Assembly: GCF_040938485.1 (NCBI RefSeq)
Contig: NW_027271768.1
Location: 248,001-312,000, forward strand
Source of the DNA: Diadema antillarum
Lineage: Eukaryota
Reading direction: 5' to 3'
Length of the DNA stretch: 64,000 bases
Shown one piece after another: positions 13,991 to 26,183 of the stretch. Made by a program: the position numbers and the translations under genes. Within the stretch, counting starts at the first letter, position 1. Each line of letters starts with the position of its first letter. The notes below the pieces were generated by a model. The model had not been told where the DNA came from and did not search any database. It saw nothing but the letters and a program-made list of their open reading frames with translations.

Positions 13991-14847
13991 TGGTGCTTTT
14001 GAACCCCTGCCATTCAAGGCAATATGTTTGCAAATTTCCCGGCAAGACATTTGCACATTTCCCGGGCCACGACTCAGGCAGGTATGAGACCACACGCACT
14101 GTATACATTCAGTGCAATGTAACGTGCTCCCCCTACCCAACTTTACAAGAAAACTGGCGAGTGGTTCCAATCCCTCGTGGTTCGCCCCAAGTCAAGGCAA
14201 ACGGTATCAGCAAGGCACATCCGTTATACGCTTGAATAACTCTGTTAAAGGGCACACAGAGGGAAGGTAAACGCACGGATGACAACATTTTATTGCTGAA
14301 TGGTTGATCAGAGACTCGGGGTGATAGTTGCAGAAGATTCATCGCGTAGACAATGATTGGTGAGTTTTATGATAACCGTGGCATTATTAGACTCTAGAGT
14401 CTTTCCTTTGAGCATTCCCAAGAGTAACTTTGATATACTAGTAAATAGGAACAAAGAGCTAAACCCCTAGATGACTTTTAACGAACATCTTTTAGATACA
14501 GCAGGGAGGTGAGACTATAGAGGAAAGAAAGGCATCAAAGAATGATGCGGTATAAATAGTGTGCGTGTTTGTTTGTTTGTTTGTTTTTGTTTTGTTCCGT
14601 TTTGATGGAGGAGTTCCGAATTTCAAGTACAGGCATGTACCTGTATGAAAACATAAGAAAAAAACTTCAGTTTTATGAACACTTCTCTTACAAATTCCCA
14701 TTAAAAAAGGAGTCCATTACGAGTATATAAGGGCACAGAGAGGGAAGATAAATTCACGGATGACAATTGCATACTGGTTGATCAGAGGCTGAAAATGAAG
14801 TTTATTATGAACACTCCCATTGATAGCTGCAAAATATTTCTGTTTAC

Positions 14848-14888
<41 letters not shown>

Positions 14889-15210
14889 AAACCGAGTCGT
14901 CACTATACATTGGAATATCAATGGACAATCTTATCTTTGAAGCATTTTCACTGCAAACTGAAAAACTCGACCACTTCAGGCGACACTAAAAGGACTATAC
15001 CCTTGAACCAGAGTGACACCAACCCGTGCAGAGTGAATGTTTGAAGGTTATCGTTATTGCCAGTGATCTTTTGACCGCAATGGAGAGAAAACCAAACCCT
15101 GCCCTCCGTGTATGCTTTACCAACTTACACATGCCTCGACGATGATAGAGGGGCCTGCAGATGAAATATGGATGGAGATATCCTCAAAAAACAACAAAGA
15201 AACAATAAGA

Positions 15211-16017
15211 TAATTCTCACTTTCGCCAATGACATAAAAAGTACCCGGATGTTGATTTTAGCGTCATTTACGGTGCATTGTGGGATAGTCCGGTAGCATA
15301 GTCACTTCCGTTCGTACGCGCGTGATACGTGACTAATGCTATTTACACACACAACCGACTGTATTCTACGTGTACTTCCTGTTTTCTCGACTTGAATTTA
15401 AGCTTTGATATATTTAAAATTTCTCCATTCTTAAGAAATTGCTGTAAATACGACTATTGGTTGTTGCTGCGAAGCTGCCATGTGTTGTTCGCACGACAAT
15501 AAATGAAAAAAAATTCTACAGAAATAGGACCCTTACTGGCATGCGAGACGTGACGTGGCCGCGTGAGTGAAGTTTGCGGGTGACTCCACAGCATAGTACG
15601 TGCGCGCGCGACTTACTACTACTAGTAGTAGTAGTACGTACTTGCTTGGAAGAAATTGCTTCGGAGACAGGATAAGTTCGAGATCACGGTTCGTTCCCGA
15701 TTGTGTTCGCGACACTTCGACAGAGAACAAATAAAAACAAGATGGGCATTCCATGACGGTATCCAGGTGGGTGAATATTTTCCAGCACATTTTCAGCGTA
15801 TGCAGAGATGACCGATCAGCGGGCGGTACAGCCGCCTACATACTGTACTAGTATCCGTGGTCGGCGCGGCGCTATAGGTAAGGTACACGTACGCGCACGC
15901 TAACGCTGTGCAAAATATGCCCCGCGCCGGAAGTGCCCTTGCCCACGAAGTGCACTAAATCTTGACGAAAAAGCCACATCCGGGTACTTTTTACGTCATT
16001 GGCGATAGCGAGAATTA
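15211..16017. mobile_element. ~800-bp non-autonomous DNA element with ~43-bp terminal inverted repeats and CpG-rich core
   Basis: TAATTCTCACTTTCGCCAATGACATAAAAAGTACCCGGATGT versus ACATCCGGGTACTTTTTACGTCATTGGCGATAGCGAGAATTA. No clear target-site duplication. Confidence 0.65.
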
Positions 16018-16606
16018 CTTTTTCACGTCACATACTGGCTTTTAGATTTACAGCAATGCGTTTAATTATAATAACTACAACGCAGAAAAACTACCGGTAA
16101 TGAATATTTGATGTATGTATGCCTTTATTATATTTCGGATGTAATGCAGACGCCACATTGTCCAAAATTGAGCAGAGATGGACAGACAACAAACGAAATG
16201 TTCAAATGTGGCTCTGATCAAATAAACATTGAATCATCTTTAGTGAGGGCATCTAAAACCATCCGGCGGAGTTTTCAAGCTCGGGCAGCAACTTCCTTCG
16301 TATATCGTTCAGGTAAACCTCCATAAAAGGATTCAAATCTTCATGTAGCCTTCTTGTGTGGTTCTGTAGTGTCATCATACGACCTTCCTCTAGTCATCGT
16401 ATCTGTTTCGGCTGTTGATCGGTTTTTGACCACGTTTGGGGTCAACTTCATACGATATTGAAAATTCAGTATTCATGTCGCCAAACGACAGAGGGCGCAT
16501 TCATCATTTTTGCCGTTTTTGTGTAATAGGTGCTTTGAAATCAAAACGTTCCAGCGCTCGATATCTGATCAAACTACACGTAATAAACTACACAGCCCCG
16601 ATCAAT

Positions 16607-19600
16607 TCATTCATATATTCTTTCATTTTTTCCAATTGACTTGCGGATAACTTCGATAGACTTTTCTCCCGTCAGATCGGCAACGCTTTCTCTCATTGTA
16701 TCCTCATCGTTCGACGAGGGAACGACCAGGTGTCTGAAAACCGGCTCGTCGATCTGCACGCATTTCGTCATCAAGACGTCGACCACGTCGTCCACGGAAA
16801 AGCCGGTGGATCCCAACAATGAGTCGTAAAAGCCTCTTAGTTGACGTCTATCGATGTCGTGAATGGTGTCGTCATTGCTCTGGGCTGCTAGTTGAGACAA
16901 AGCCCATCTCACCAGTCCCGTTTCCACCTTAGCAGGCTCGACCAGGCACACCCTAAAGTAAATTTAACAATCTAATACGGTTTTAAACTGAACATACTGC
17001 TATATTACAAGTAACACAGTTGCGAACATGCACTAAATCGCACAAGATTGATCAACGGTCAAACAACGTTCCCTAGAAAGAGACCATGCCATGCCATGTC
17101 TGAGAGAAAATTAATTTCATTTCATTCCATTTCATCTCATCTCATTTCATTTACCTAGCTAGATATAATTAATACCTTTTCCAACAATCATTCAATTGCA
17201 AATATATATACATGTATATATATGCACTCATAATTACATAAAACCAGCACAACATTGCAATCGATGAAAATACTGTGAATTGAAATAAAAAATTGATGGT
17301 TCAATAATCAGAATTGAATATGTTGATAACTAAACAAAATATGAATGAAACAAATAACTAAAGAGATGAACGAATAAATCTGAATGATTACTTTACAGAT
17401 ACTGCCCAAAGTCATCTTAGTGAAGCTTAGTGCTTCTGTGACAGACCATGAATCAAAGGAAAAAAAAACATTAAAGAATCCTGAATACAAGGGTAAATGT
17501 TGATACAATAATAAATCCAGAAATACATAGACAAAGACTACATGTTCAAAGCCACAAGAGCTTTAGAACAATCAATGGGACTCTATTAGCGAACGGAGCT
17601 ATTTCACAGTGCATTCAAAACTGTGTATTCATTTTATCCATTTACTGTAATTTGTAAATAAGAAATATGTAGATTGTATACAGAATATAAGTGCATATCA
17701 TATCGGTATTGCAAGATTATTAAATTATTCAAGTATTAAATGTCATCTTCATGTTGTAAAATACTTGTTGACGGTTCCTGGATTTAACAAAAACTTTACA
17801 CAAATTCAGTATCGCTGTCCGTCTATATTCATGAATTTAGGTATTTAATTATTTGGGCAAAAAATACCCTACGACGATTTGTGTGGATTAACATTACTTT
17901 AAGAGAAAACCATTGCTATCCTCTTTACCTGATGTTGAATGACTTCACAGTGGAGAGCAGTGACTCAAAAAATCCCTCCAAGGCAAATTTGGAGGCGCAG
18001 TAGAAGTCGTGGTAAGGTATACCTTCAATTTAATGAAACAGTTCAATGTTGTGCCATTGAACGGAGTGGTTTAGTTTTATATCACACATATATACATGAT
18101 GATATAAATATGATATTATATACATATCATGATTAAGTTTACTTAAATGAGGCAGTACAGTGTAATGCCATTGGCTGAAGGTAGTTTACCTTCGCTGCAG
18201 GTAATTCACGTTAAAAGTTTTTTCGTATTCATAGCCTCCAAAAGTAGTTACAACAGTATACTTTTGAACGACGTTGGAAGGTGACTGAAGTCATCTTTAA
18301 ACGCCATTTTTTTTTTTTTATTTGGTAATACTCATTAAAGGTCATGTTTACCATTGGGAACAGTCATTTCAAAAATATTCAAGATATGACATTTAATGCA
18401 TATGTGTAGCTCTGTTGGGGGTTAGGATCACTGGAGGAGTTGTACCTTTACTAGGTGGCCCCCTCTGCCCCCTGGGAGTCCTAGACTGGTCTCCCCCTAT
18501 CAAGCACCATGAGTAGCGCAATACATGGGACCTAGTCCCCAAAAACACCAGCTTCCCTCATGGTGAAGACCGACCATGTGCCTGTACGAGGCGCCCCTAC
18601 CACGGCTGAACATGGCGGATCTAGGGGAGACAACCCCAATAAAAAGCATGCCACTCTGGGCTGGTGGAACCCTCAATCCTGAACACCTTGGTTGAAAATC
18701 TACCTCAGGAGAAGGTAACCTCTGACTTCAAAACCCGGGCAGGTGGAACTCGTTAGCCTTGGCAGGCCATCCACCTAGGGACTTTGCTCACCTGAACCAA
18801 TTAACCAAGCCTGTTTGGGCGGACCAGGCGGAAGAAATGTTGTGTTTCAACGGCTGTGAAGGCGACTCAGCAAAAGCACTGTGGAGTGCGAAGGGCAAGT
18901 CAGAGCACGAAAGAAGACCTGGCCATCCACTGCAGCCAACGAAGCCCCCAGACGTAACGGTATATTCGTGCCACTGGAACGTGACTTCTGAGGCCGAGAG
19001 AGTGGGTTTGCTCCAGTGCAACAGTTCTCCCACTTAAAACCCATTCAAGCACAGGCTACGTTGTGCTCTCTACGTCCCACGTAACCCAACTTCTGTAAAA
19101 GTTCTGCGGCGATGGAGGAGCGGTGAAGCAACAGGTGGAGGTGACCACTGGCAGTTATAGTCGCAATCCCACACGTAGGCGGTTCTGGACAAGTGGTCGC
19201 TCTTCTATGTACCCAGGGAAGCAGAGAAGTTCGGCAGCATCCAGGGCGACTGAGCAGCCCTCTTTAGGATAGCACTGCTCACCCTAGTAAGGGAGGGGCC
19301 TAAAAAAGGTGGCCTAAACATTGCCTGCCCTACTGCATCTGGTCAGTTTACCGCGGCTGACAGGATCATCCAACTCAGCGGTCGAAATCAAATAAGGAAA
19401 CAAACAGAAAGAAAAACAAAACTGCTTTGGGGAGCATGGAATGTCCGTACCCTCATGGACAGAGATGATGCAGCAAGGCTGCAACGGAGAACAGCCCTAG
19501 TTGCCAAAGAGTTGTCACGCTACAACATTGATATTGCTGCCCTCAGTGAAACTCGGATTGCAGAGGACGGCTCAATCACAGAACCTACCACTGGCTACAC

Positions 19601-22600
19601 CTCTTTCTGGAAAGGCAAAACCAAAAAGGAAAGCAGGATCCATGGAGTTGGCCTGGCTATAAAGACCAGTCTGATGAGACAAATTTCAGACCTACCCACT
19701 GGCATCAGTTAACGGTTCATGACATTACGCCTGCCCCTCAGTCATAAGCGACATGCAACAATCATTAGTGCATATGCTCCAACGCTAACAAGTTCAGAAG
19801 AAGCAATCGAAGAGTTTTATGCCGACCTCAGTTCCGTACTCAATACGATCCCGGCCACTGACAAAATCATCCTTCTAGGAGACTTCAACGCTCGAGTAGG
19901 CAGCGACCATGGTCGATGGGACAGGGTTCTTGGTAGACATGGTGTTGGCAAGATGAACAACAACGGCCTCCTGCTGTTGAGTAAGTGTGCTGAGGTTGAC
20001 CTCGTCATTACAAACACAGTGTTCAGATTGGCAAACAAGTACAAGACTACCTGGATGCATCCCAGATCAAAACAATGGCACCTGATGGACTATATCATTG
20101 TTCGACAGAGAGATCTCCGGGACGTCTATGTTACCAGGGTCATGCGAGAAGCTGAATGATGGACAGATCACAGGCTTGTCCGCACCACCATGAACTTGCA
20201 CATCGCTCCCCATCACCATAGACGACAAAAGCTTGTTCGTACTGCCTTCAACACAGCCAGACTCAAGCATCCTTTCGTCCTGCAGAAGTTCCAATCTAGG
20301 CTCAATGAAAAGCTGTCTTCCACTGGACCATTGAATGGAGACCCAATGCAAAAGTGGAACAAGTCGAAAGAAGTGCTGACCGACGCTGCCAAGCTAGAGC
20401 TTGGCCTCAAGAAGCGACATCACAAGGAATGGTTTGATGAGAACAATGCTGCCATCGATGAGCTGCTTGCCGAAAAGAACAAGGCTTTCATGGAATGGCA
20501 GAACGGCAATGACTCCATCTCTAAGAGGAACAGATTCAAGTCGTTACAGAAAAAGGCCCAACAAAAACTGCGTAAATGCAAGATCAATGATGGGAGAAAA
20601 AAGCTGAAGAGATCCAGAGTTTTGCTGACTCGAACCAATCTAAAGAGTTCTTCAGCTCCATCAAAGTAGTCTTTGGCCCTGTAAAATCAGGCTCCTGTCC
20701 ATTGCTGTCAGCAGACAGTGGAACCGCCTTGATCAGGGACAGGGCTGGCATAAATGAGAGTTGGAAGAAACACTTCAGTCAACTCCTGAATCACTTGTCT
20801 GCAGTTGAACAAGCCGCACTTGATCAGGTCCCACAGCAAACAGTGAAAGAGGAACTTGATGTTCCCCCTCAATAGCCGAAGTCAAGAAAGCCATCAAACA
20901 GATGAAGCCAGGAAAGGCATCTGGCCAGGGCGGTATTTCTGCGGAGATCTACAAGGCACTCAGCGACCAAGCCTTTGAGGCATTCTACGATGTTCTTACC
21001 AGTATCTGGAATGAAGGAAAAATGCCAGCTGACTTGCGTGATGCCACTATAGTTGCCTTATTCAAAAACAAAGGCTCAAGAGCAGACTGTGGAAACTACA
21101 GAGGCATATCCCTCTTATCCATTGCTGGAAAAAATTCTTGCCCGTGTCATTCTGAATAGGCTGATCTCCACAGTTGCAGAGAAAAACCTCCCTGAGACTC
21201 AGTGTGGTTTTCGACGCAATCGTAGTATAGTCGACATGGTCTTTGTTATGAGACAGGTCCAGGAAAAGTGCATCGAGCAGAACATGAACCTCAATGCTGT
21301 CTTCATAGATCTATGAAAGGCATTCGACAGTGTCAACAGGGAAGCTCTAAGAAAATTCTAAACCATCCGAAAAATTTGCCATCTCCATTGGTGTAAAGCA
21401 AGGTTGTGTGCTCGCCCCTGTGTTGTGCAACCTCTTCTTCGCACAAGTCCTGTTCCATGCTGTCAGAGACCTTGACCTCGGCATCTACATCAGGTACAGA
21501 TTAGATGAGTCGATGTTGGATCTGCGACGCCTTGCAGCAAAGACAAAGGTGCTGGAAAGGCTCATTCTTGAAGCTCTGTTCGCAGATGATTGTGATCTAA
21601 TGGCACATGGAGGGAACCACCTACAGTTGATTGTCAACAAGTTCTCTGAAGCGTCGAAGATGTTTGGCCTTACAGTCAGTCTCAGAAAGACAGAAGTCCT
21701 CCTCCAGCCAGCACCGAACAATGCACCCTGCCAGCCAAGCATCACTGTTAATGGCACACATCTTAAGAATGTCAAAAGCTTCAAACACCTGGGCAGTACG
21801 CTCTCCAGTGACGGTACTCTTGACAATGAAATAGCAGCAAGAATACAGATGGCCAGCTTGGCACTTGGAAGACTACGCACGAAAGTCCTACAACACAAAA
21901 ACGTTCGCCTTCAACCAAACTCAAGGTGTACAACGCAGTTGTCCTGTCATCTCTGCTCTTCGGCTGCGAAACATGTACCTTGTACCGCAGGCATACCAAA
22001 AAGCTGGAACAGTTCCACATGCGCTCTCAGCGGTCCATTATGCATATTCAATGGCAAGATCGCATCACAAACCAAGAGGTCTTGGACAGAGCCAGGACAT
22101 CAAGCATTGAAGCCAAAATCCTCCAAGCTCAACTTCGATGGTCCGGTCATGTCATACGCATGGAAGAGTCAAGAATCCCTCGTCAGCTCCTCTATAGCGA
22201 GCTGTCACAGGGCAATCGCAATCAAGGCCGTCCCAAGAAACGTTATAAAGACAATCTCAAGGCCAACCTCAAATGGGCGCATTTACAACCCCGTGAACTT
22301 GAGACAGCTGCTGTAGACAGATATCGATGGTGAGCCTTAACAAAGAAGGCTGTAACTGCCTTTATTTTCAAGATATCTGTATTCTTCTCAATAAATCGTA
22401 ATAGCTGTAGGCAGTTTAATCTGAAAGCATTTTTATTATAACTGTTGTTCACATTTTGTATATTCAACAATACCTAACATTGATTTTACCGATTCAATCT
22501 TTTTTTTTTTTTTACAGTGGTTGTTTCCTTCCCTAACTCACATTTAAACTATTTTAAAGCACTAATGCTGGGTTTTTGTTTCATCTGCAAATAGTAAATT

Positions 22601-25600
22601 TACCTTTAAACTCTCAAAAGATATGAAACAGATTTTTTTTTTGGTGGTATTTTGCAAGAAGATCCACTTCCATAATTGACCTATCGATGAAACACCGTAA
22701 CTGTAGATTGATTTCACATTCGAAATTTCTGCGAATTCCACCTTTATTGAACTAGTGCGAAAATGAAAAAAACAAAACAACAACAAAACAAGACAAAACA
22801 CACGAATATTTCAATGTCTGCAAACAGGCAGACAAGCAATGAAATATTGGATCTGTAGTATAGGCACTGGTAGGTATCTATTTTTATTTCAAGGAATATG
22901 TTTGTTAATGCGTTAATCACCTATTTTGAGAGATTGGTGCTGAGTGTATCTACGAGAGTGTAACTGTATTTCCCTACCTTGCTTTCCCGCTATACTTGAG
23001 AAACTGATGATTTTTCCCTCCTTTTTCTGCTTCATATAAGGAAGTACCGCCTGATTGAGTCGAATAGTCCCGATAGTGTTCACGTTAAAAAGGTGCTCGA
23101 TACTGGCGCGTGATACACGTTCTGCGACGTCCACGACAGCAATTCCCGCTACGTTGACTGAAGAATTTTATTTGAACAACAACAACAACAACAACAAAAT
23201 CTTCACTTGACATATGAATATTATGACTAATGTACTGCTCTTACACTCCATGCGTCCACATACTGCCTTTCAACGTAAAGAGCAATTGGATTTCATTGCG
23301 TCATTGCTTACTTTATATTTATTTAAAAAAAAAAAAACCAATATAACCTCATTGATATGTCATGCACTTGTTGATCAACAGGCTTTGGTCGTGGCAAATG
23401 AATTTGGCGATGGACAAAACCTGGGTGGTTAAAAGCGAACATTTTGATAAACGGAATTCAGACGGTAAAAACAAAATACACCCTATCAAGGTACATCACC
23501 ACATTTCATCGGTGAATTGTAGAGGCTCATCATCTGTCGTGAGAGAGAAAAATGGTATGAGCCTGATTCAATGAGTAATGAATTCCACGTCACATTTAAC
23601 TAACTTTACCAAATAGGGCAACATCAGCAACAAAATACTAAAAACGTAACTTCGGATGGTATTGACAATTCTACACTCACAGTTAAGTAAAGCACACAAC
23701 CTTGGTGCAATCAACATCAGTTGAGTTACAGCCATTCGGAAAATTGGACAGATTTAATATACAATTATGACAGTGTACAATATACAATGATGTCAAGAAA
23801 TGTTTTGCCTTTGTCTTCGACTCGGGCAAAACAATTCTAGTTCAGGCAATAAGAATAATCTTGTGTACCCCCTGTGGCATATTTATATCTTAAAACATAT
23901 CATATTAATTCATTATAAATATATTGTTGCATATCAAAGTGCAATGCACATTACATTTTGAAATTGTCGTAATGTCAAGCTCAAAAGGAATAAAAGAACA
24001 TTTGAAGAATGTTTGAAAAAAAAATGACATTAACAGTGATGAGCAGAGTCCCTTTGCAATGTGTTCCATACTGGGCAAAACTTGACAGGCGTCTGGACAT
24101 AACATAGGCCCGTATTCTGCTAACAAGCGGGTCTAGAGTGGGTTTAAACCTTGGTTTACAATAGAATACGGTCCAGGGGGCTTTCCAGAGTAACAAAAAT
24201 GGCCGGCCAGGAGACAATAACTGAAGGGGAGGGAATTTCACATTTGATAGGAGCTGATTGTTTGCTGATCTGTCATGGTAGGTCAAAACGACTAGAACAA
24301 AACTGCGAAAGATTGAAGGCAGCAAACTTACGCTGGCTGAATTAACCAGGTTGACTGGCAATGTCTAGTAAATATCATGGAAAATTATCAATTGCAGGCG
24401 TGATCAAACGAATCGAGATCTCTGGAAATTTTTGTTACAGATATCATCACTTCTTTCGTTATCAAATTGGTACTTTTGACTCTGACTCTCATCACAGTTC
24501 GATGTGTTCTAGAGAAAGCTTGAATTAGCTGAATGCTTTAAATCTGCACAAATAATGAAGAAGAAATCCACATAAATTTGGCCGTGTACGACAAAAATAA
24601 TCATTGTTTGCAATCCTTAATAGGTTAATAGGTCATGGAAAAATCAGTTAAATTTTATTTTATTGAACTATATGGGGCATTGACAGTGGCATTGAACAAT
24701 AGGGATAACACATGACTGGTAAACTGCTGTTTGGTCTTATAGCATTGTGAGGAGGTGTTTTGGCTTGGGGCGCGTTCGAGCGCTCTCCTAAAGTGAACTG
24801 TACCGTACCGTACCGCGCTAGAGGAGCGTTCGAACGCTCCTAAAGTGTACCGTACCGTACTGTACCGAGCCAAAAGTGGATCACTTCCCGATGTGCTCCA
24901 AAAGCGTACCAAAGCGTACCAAAAGTTCGTTGCAAAGCATGCGCGTATCATGCGCATACGTCACAATGCAAAGACATCATTCTCTTTGTTCGGGGCAGCT
25001 GTAAGTAGGTCAAGCGCAAGGTGAATGACCTTCTCGCTACAACAAGCGTGACCTTTTCTAAAAATAACTCGAGAGGTACGCTTTCTCCACAGAGCTTTCG
25101 AACGCTCCCAAACTGGCACAGTACGGTACGGTACGCTTTAGTTCAGTTCGCTTTGGTTCGCTTTAGAGCGCTCGAACGCACCCTTGGGTTGTACAGCAAG
25201 TGTGTGTGTGCGCGCGCGCGCGTGTGTGTGTGTGACTGAAATTGTGGCAAAATCATCATGACCAGAAGGTAACCACCGAACTAAAACATAGTGGAATGCG
25301 TGTTCACCCAGAAAATACGCAGCCACCAAAACTTGCTACCATCGCCATTTTGTTAGGTCAATTTTACCTTATATGGATTGCGGGCTGTGTCTCCGAAGCG
25401 CAAGACCATTATCATGTACAAACGTGCATTGTTACGTCATAATCACTAGCCACTGGACGGCGTACTCTTGCTTGCGCGCGTACCAGTGGCCCAGTCTGAC
25501 CGCGCCTAAAGCGTGCACTCCATATAAGGAAAAATTGACCGAAAAAGATGGCGACGCAACACGGTAATTTGGCTGCACGGTCTCGTGTATGTTGGGAATA

Positions 25601-26183
25601 GGGACACGCATTCCACTATGTTTTAGTTCGGTGAAGGTAACAGGATGGAGCCGAGTATCTGTAGTGGAAATGCCGAGAGAAGCCCGCCACTGCGCTGAAC
25701 ACGCCTTCTACGGCCATAACGCACTAATCCTAACAGCAGTAAAAGCAATAAATGGAACGCCAAAGCATTGATGAATAGAAAAACTTTTTGTTTGTTTTCC
25801 TGGGGACAAAATACTATAATCTTTTAACTGCAATTTTTAAGTTGACCTTTTTTAGGAGAGTAAACTTGTTATGCTGACCAACGCAGTATAACAGTTGCTG
25901 AGACCAGAGAGTACTCACTGAGAATATCGATGCTACTGTGAGTTTTAATGACGTCATCGACTACTCGTGTGATGTCTTCATCCTTGGTAATGTCCATCTC
26001 CTTGATGAAGATTGTCTTATCAATAGCGTCTCCAACGGCGGCAACTAACTCGGTCTTTTCTGCCATGGCAATGACGGTAGCGATGACAAGGTAGCGTTGA
26101 TCGGGGTCTTGTGCGAGACGTCGAGCTGCACAGAGCCCGATACCCGACGAACATCCAGTCACGAGTACTACTTGAGGAGCCAT
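16607..26183 (-). CDS. SDR copy B (RDH8-like), 294 aa; exons complement(25919..26183, 22978..23157, 17929..18022, 16607..16952)
   Basis: Same exon phases as copy A; TGCSSGIG, NVAG, ISFSS, YCASK. Exon-3 acceptor is AAG. The last exon has an insertion giving a new C-terminus. The intron between exons 2 and 3 holds a nested RTE/MITE. Confidence 0.85.
18339..22605. mobile_element. TTAA-flanked non-autonomous DNA element (Kolobok/piggyBac-like MITE) split by the RTE insertion
   Basis: TTAA|AGGTCATGTTTACC at 18335-18352 and GTAAATTTACCT|TTAA at 22594-22609 give an imperfect TIR and TTAA duplication. That the two halves are one element is inferred. Confidence 0.6.
18417..22362 (+). mobile_element. 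Near-full-length degenerate RTE-clade LINE, antisense in intron 2 of SDR copy B
   Basis: About 1 kb GC-rich 5' region, then WNVRTL / IDIAALSETR / ISAYAPT / LLGDFNARVG endonuclease and NYRGISLLS / QCGFR / VKQGCVLAP / LFADD RT motifs. Broken by stops, frameshifts and an internal deletion near 21360-21390; 3' tail missing. Confidence 0.9.
24768..25183. mobile_element. Harbinger-like MITE in intron 1 of copy B
   Basis: TIR GGGCGCGTTCGAGCGCTCT / AGAGCGCTCGAACGCACCC, 3-bp TTG duplication, internal (GTACC)n and (GGTAC)n subrepeats. Confidence 0.75.
25274..25633. mobile_element. MITE with 8-bp target-site duplication (hAT- or P-type)
   Basis: TIR CACCGAACTAAAACATAGTGGAATGCGTGT perfectly inverted at the other end; perfect AAGGTAAC duplication at 25266-25273 and 25634-25641. 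Confidence 0.85.

Noticed and set aside
13990-14235. Cys-rich N-terminal part of ORF 13742..14170 as a separate gene
   Set aside because: Only its C-terminal part is LINE endonuclease. The Cys-rich part has no recognisable domain or splice context and is probably chance read-through into flanking DNA.
18417-18530. Possible HDV-like ribozyme at the RTE 5' end (GGGGGTT could pair with GGCCCCC; ACC/GGT stem with 7-nt loop directly before it)
   Set aside because: RTE elements are known to carry HDV-like ribozymes, but I could not find P1.1, a convincing P2 or the J4/2 catalytic C. The fold is partial only; a descriptor search on the family consensus would be needed.
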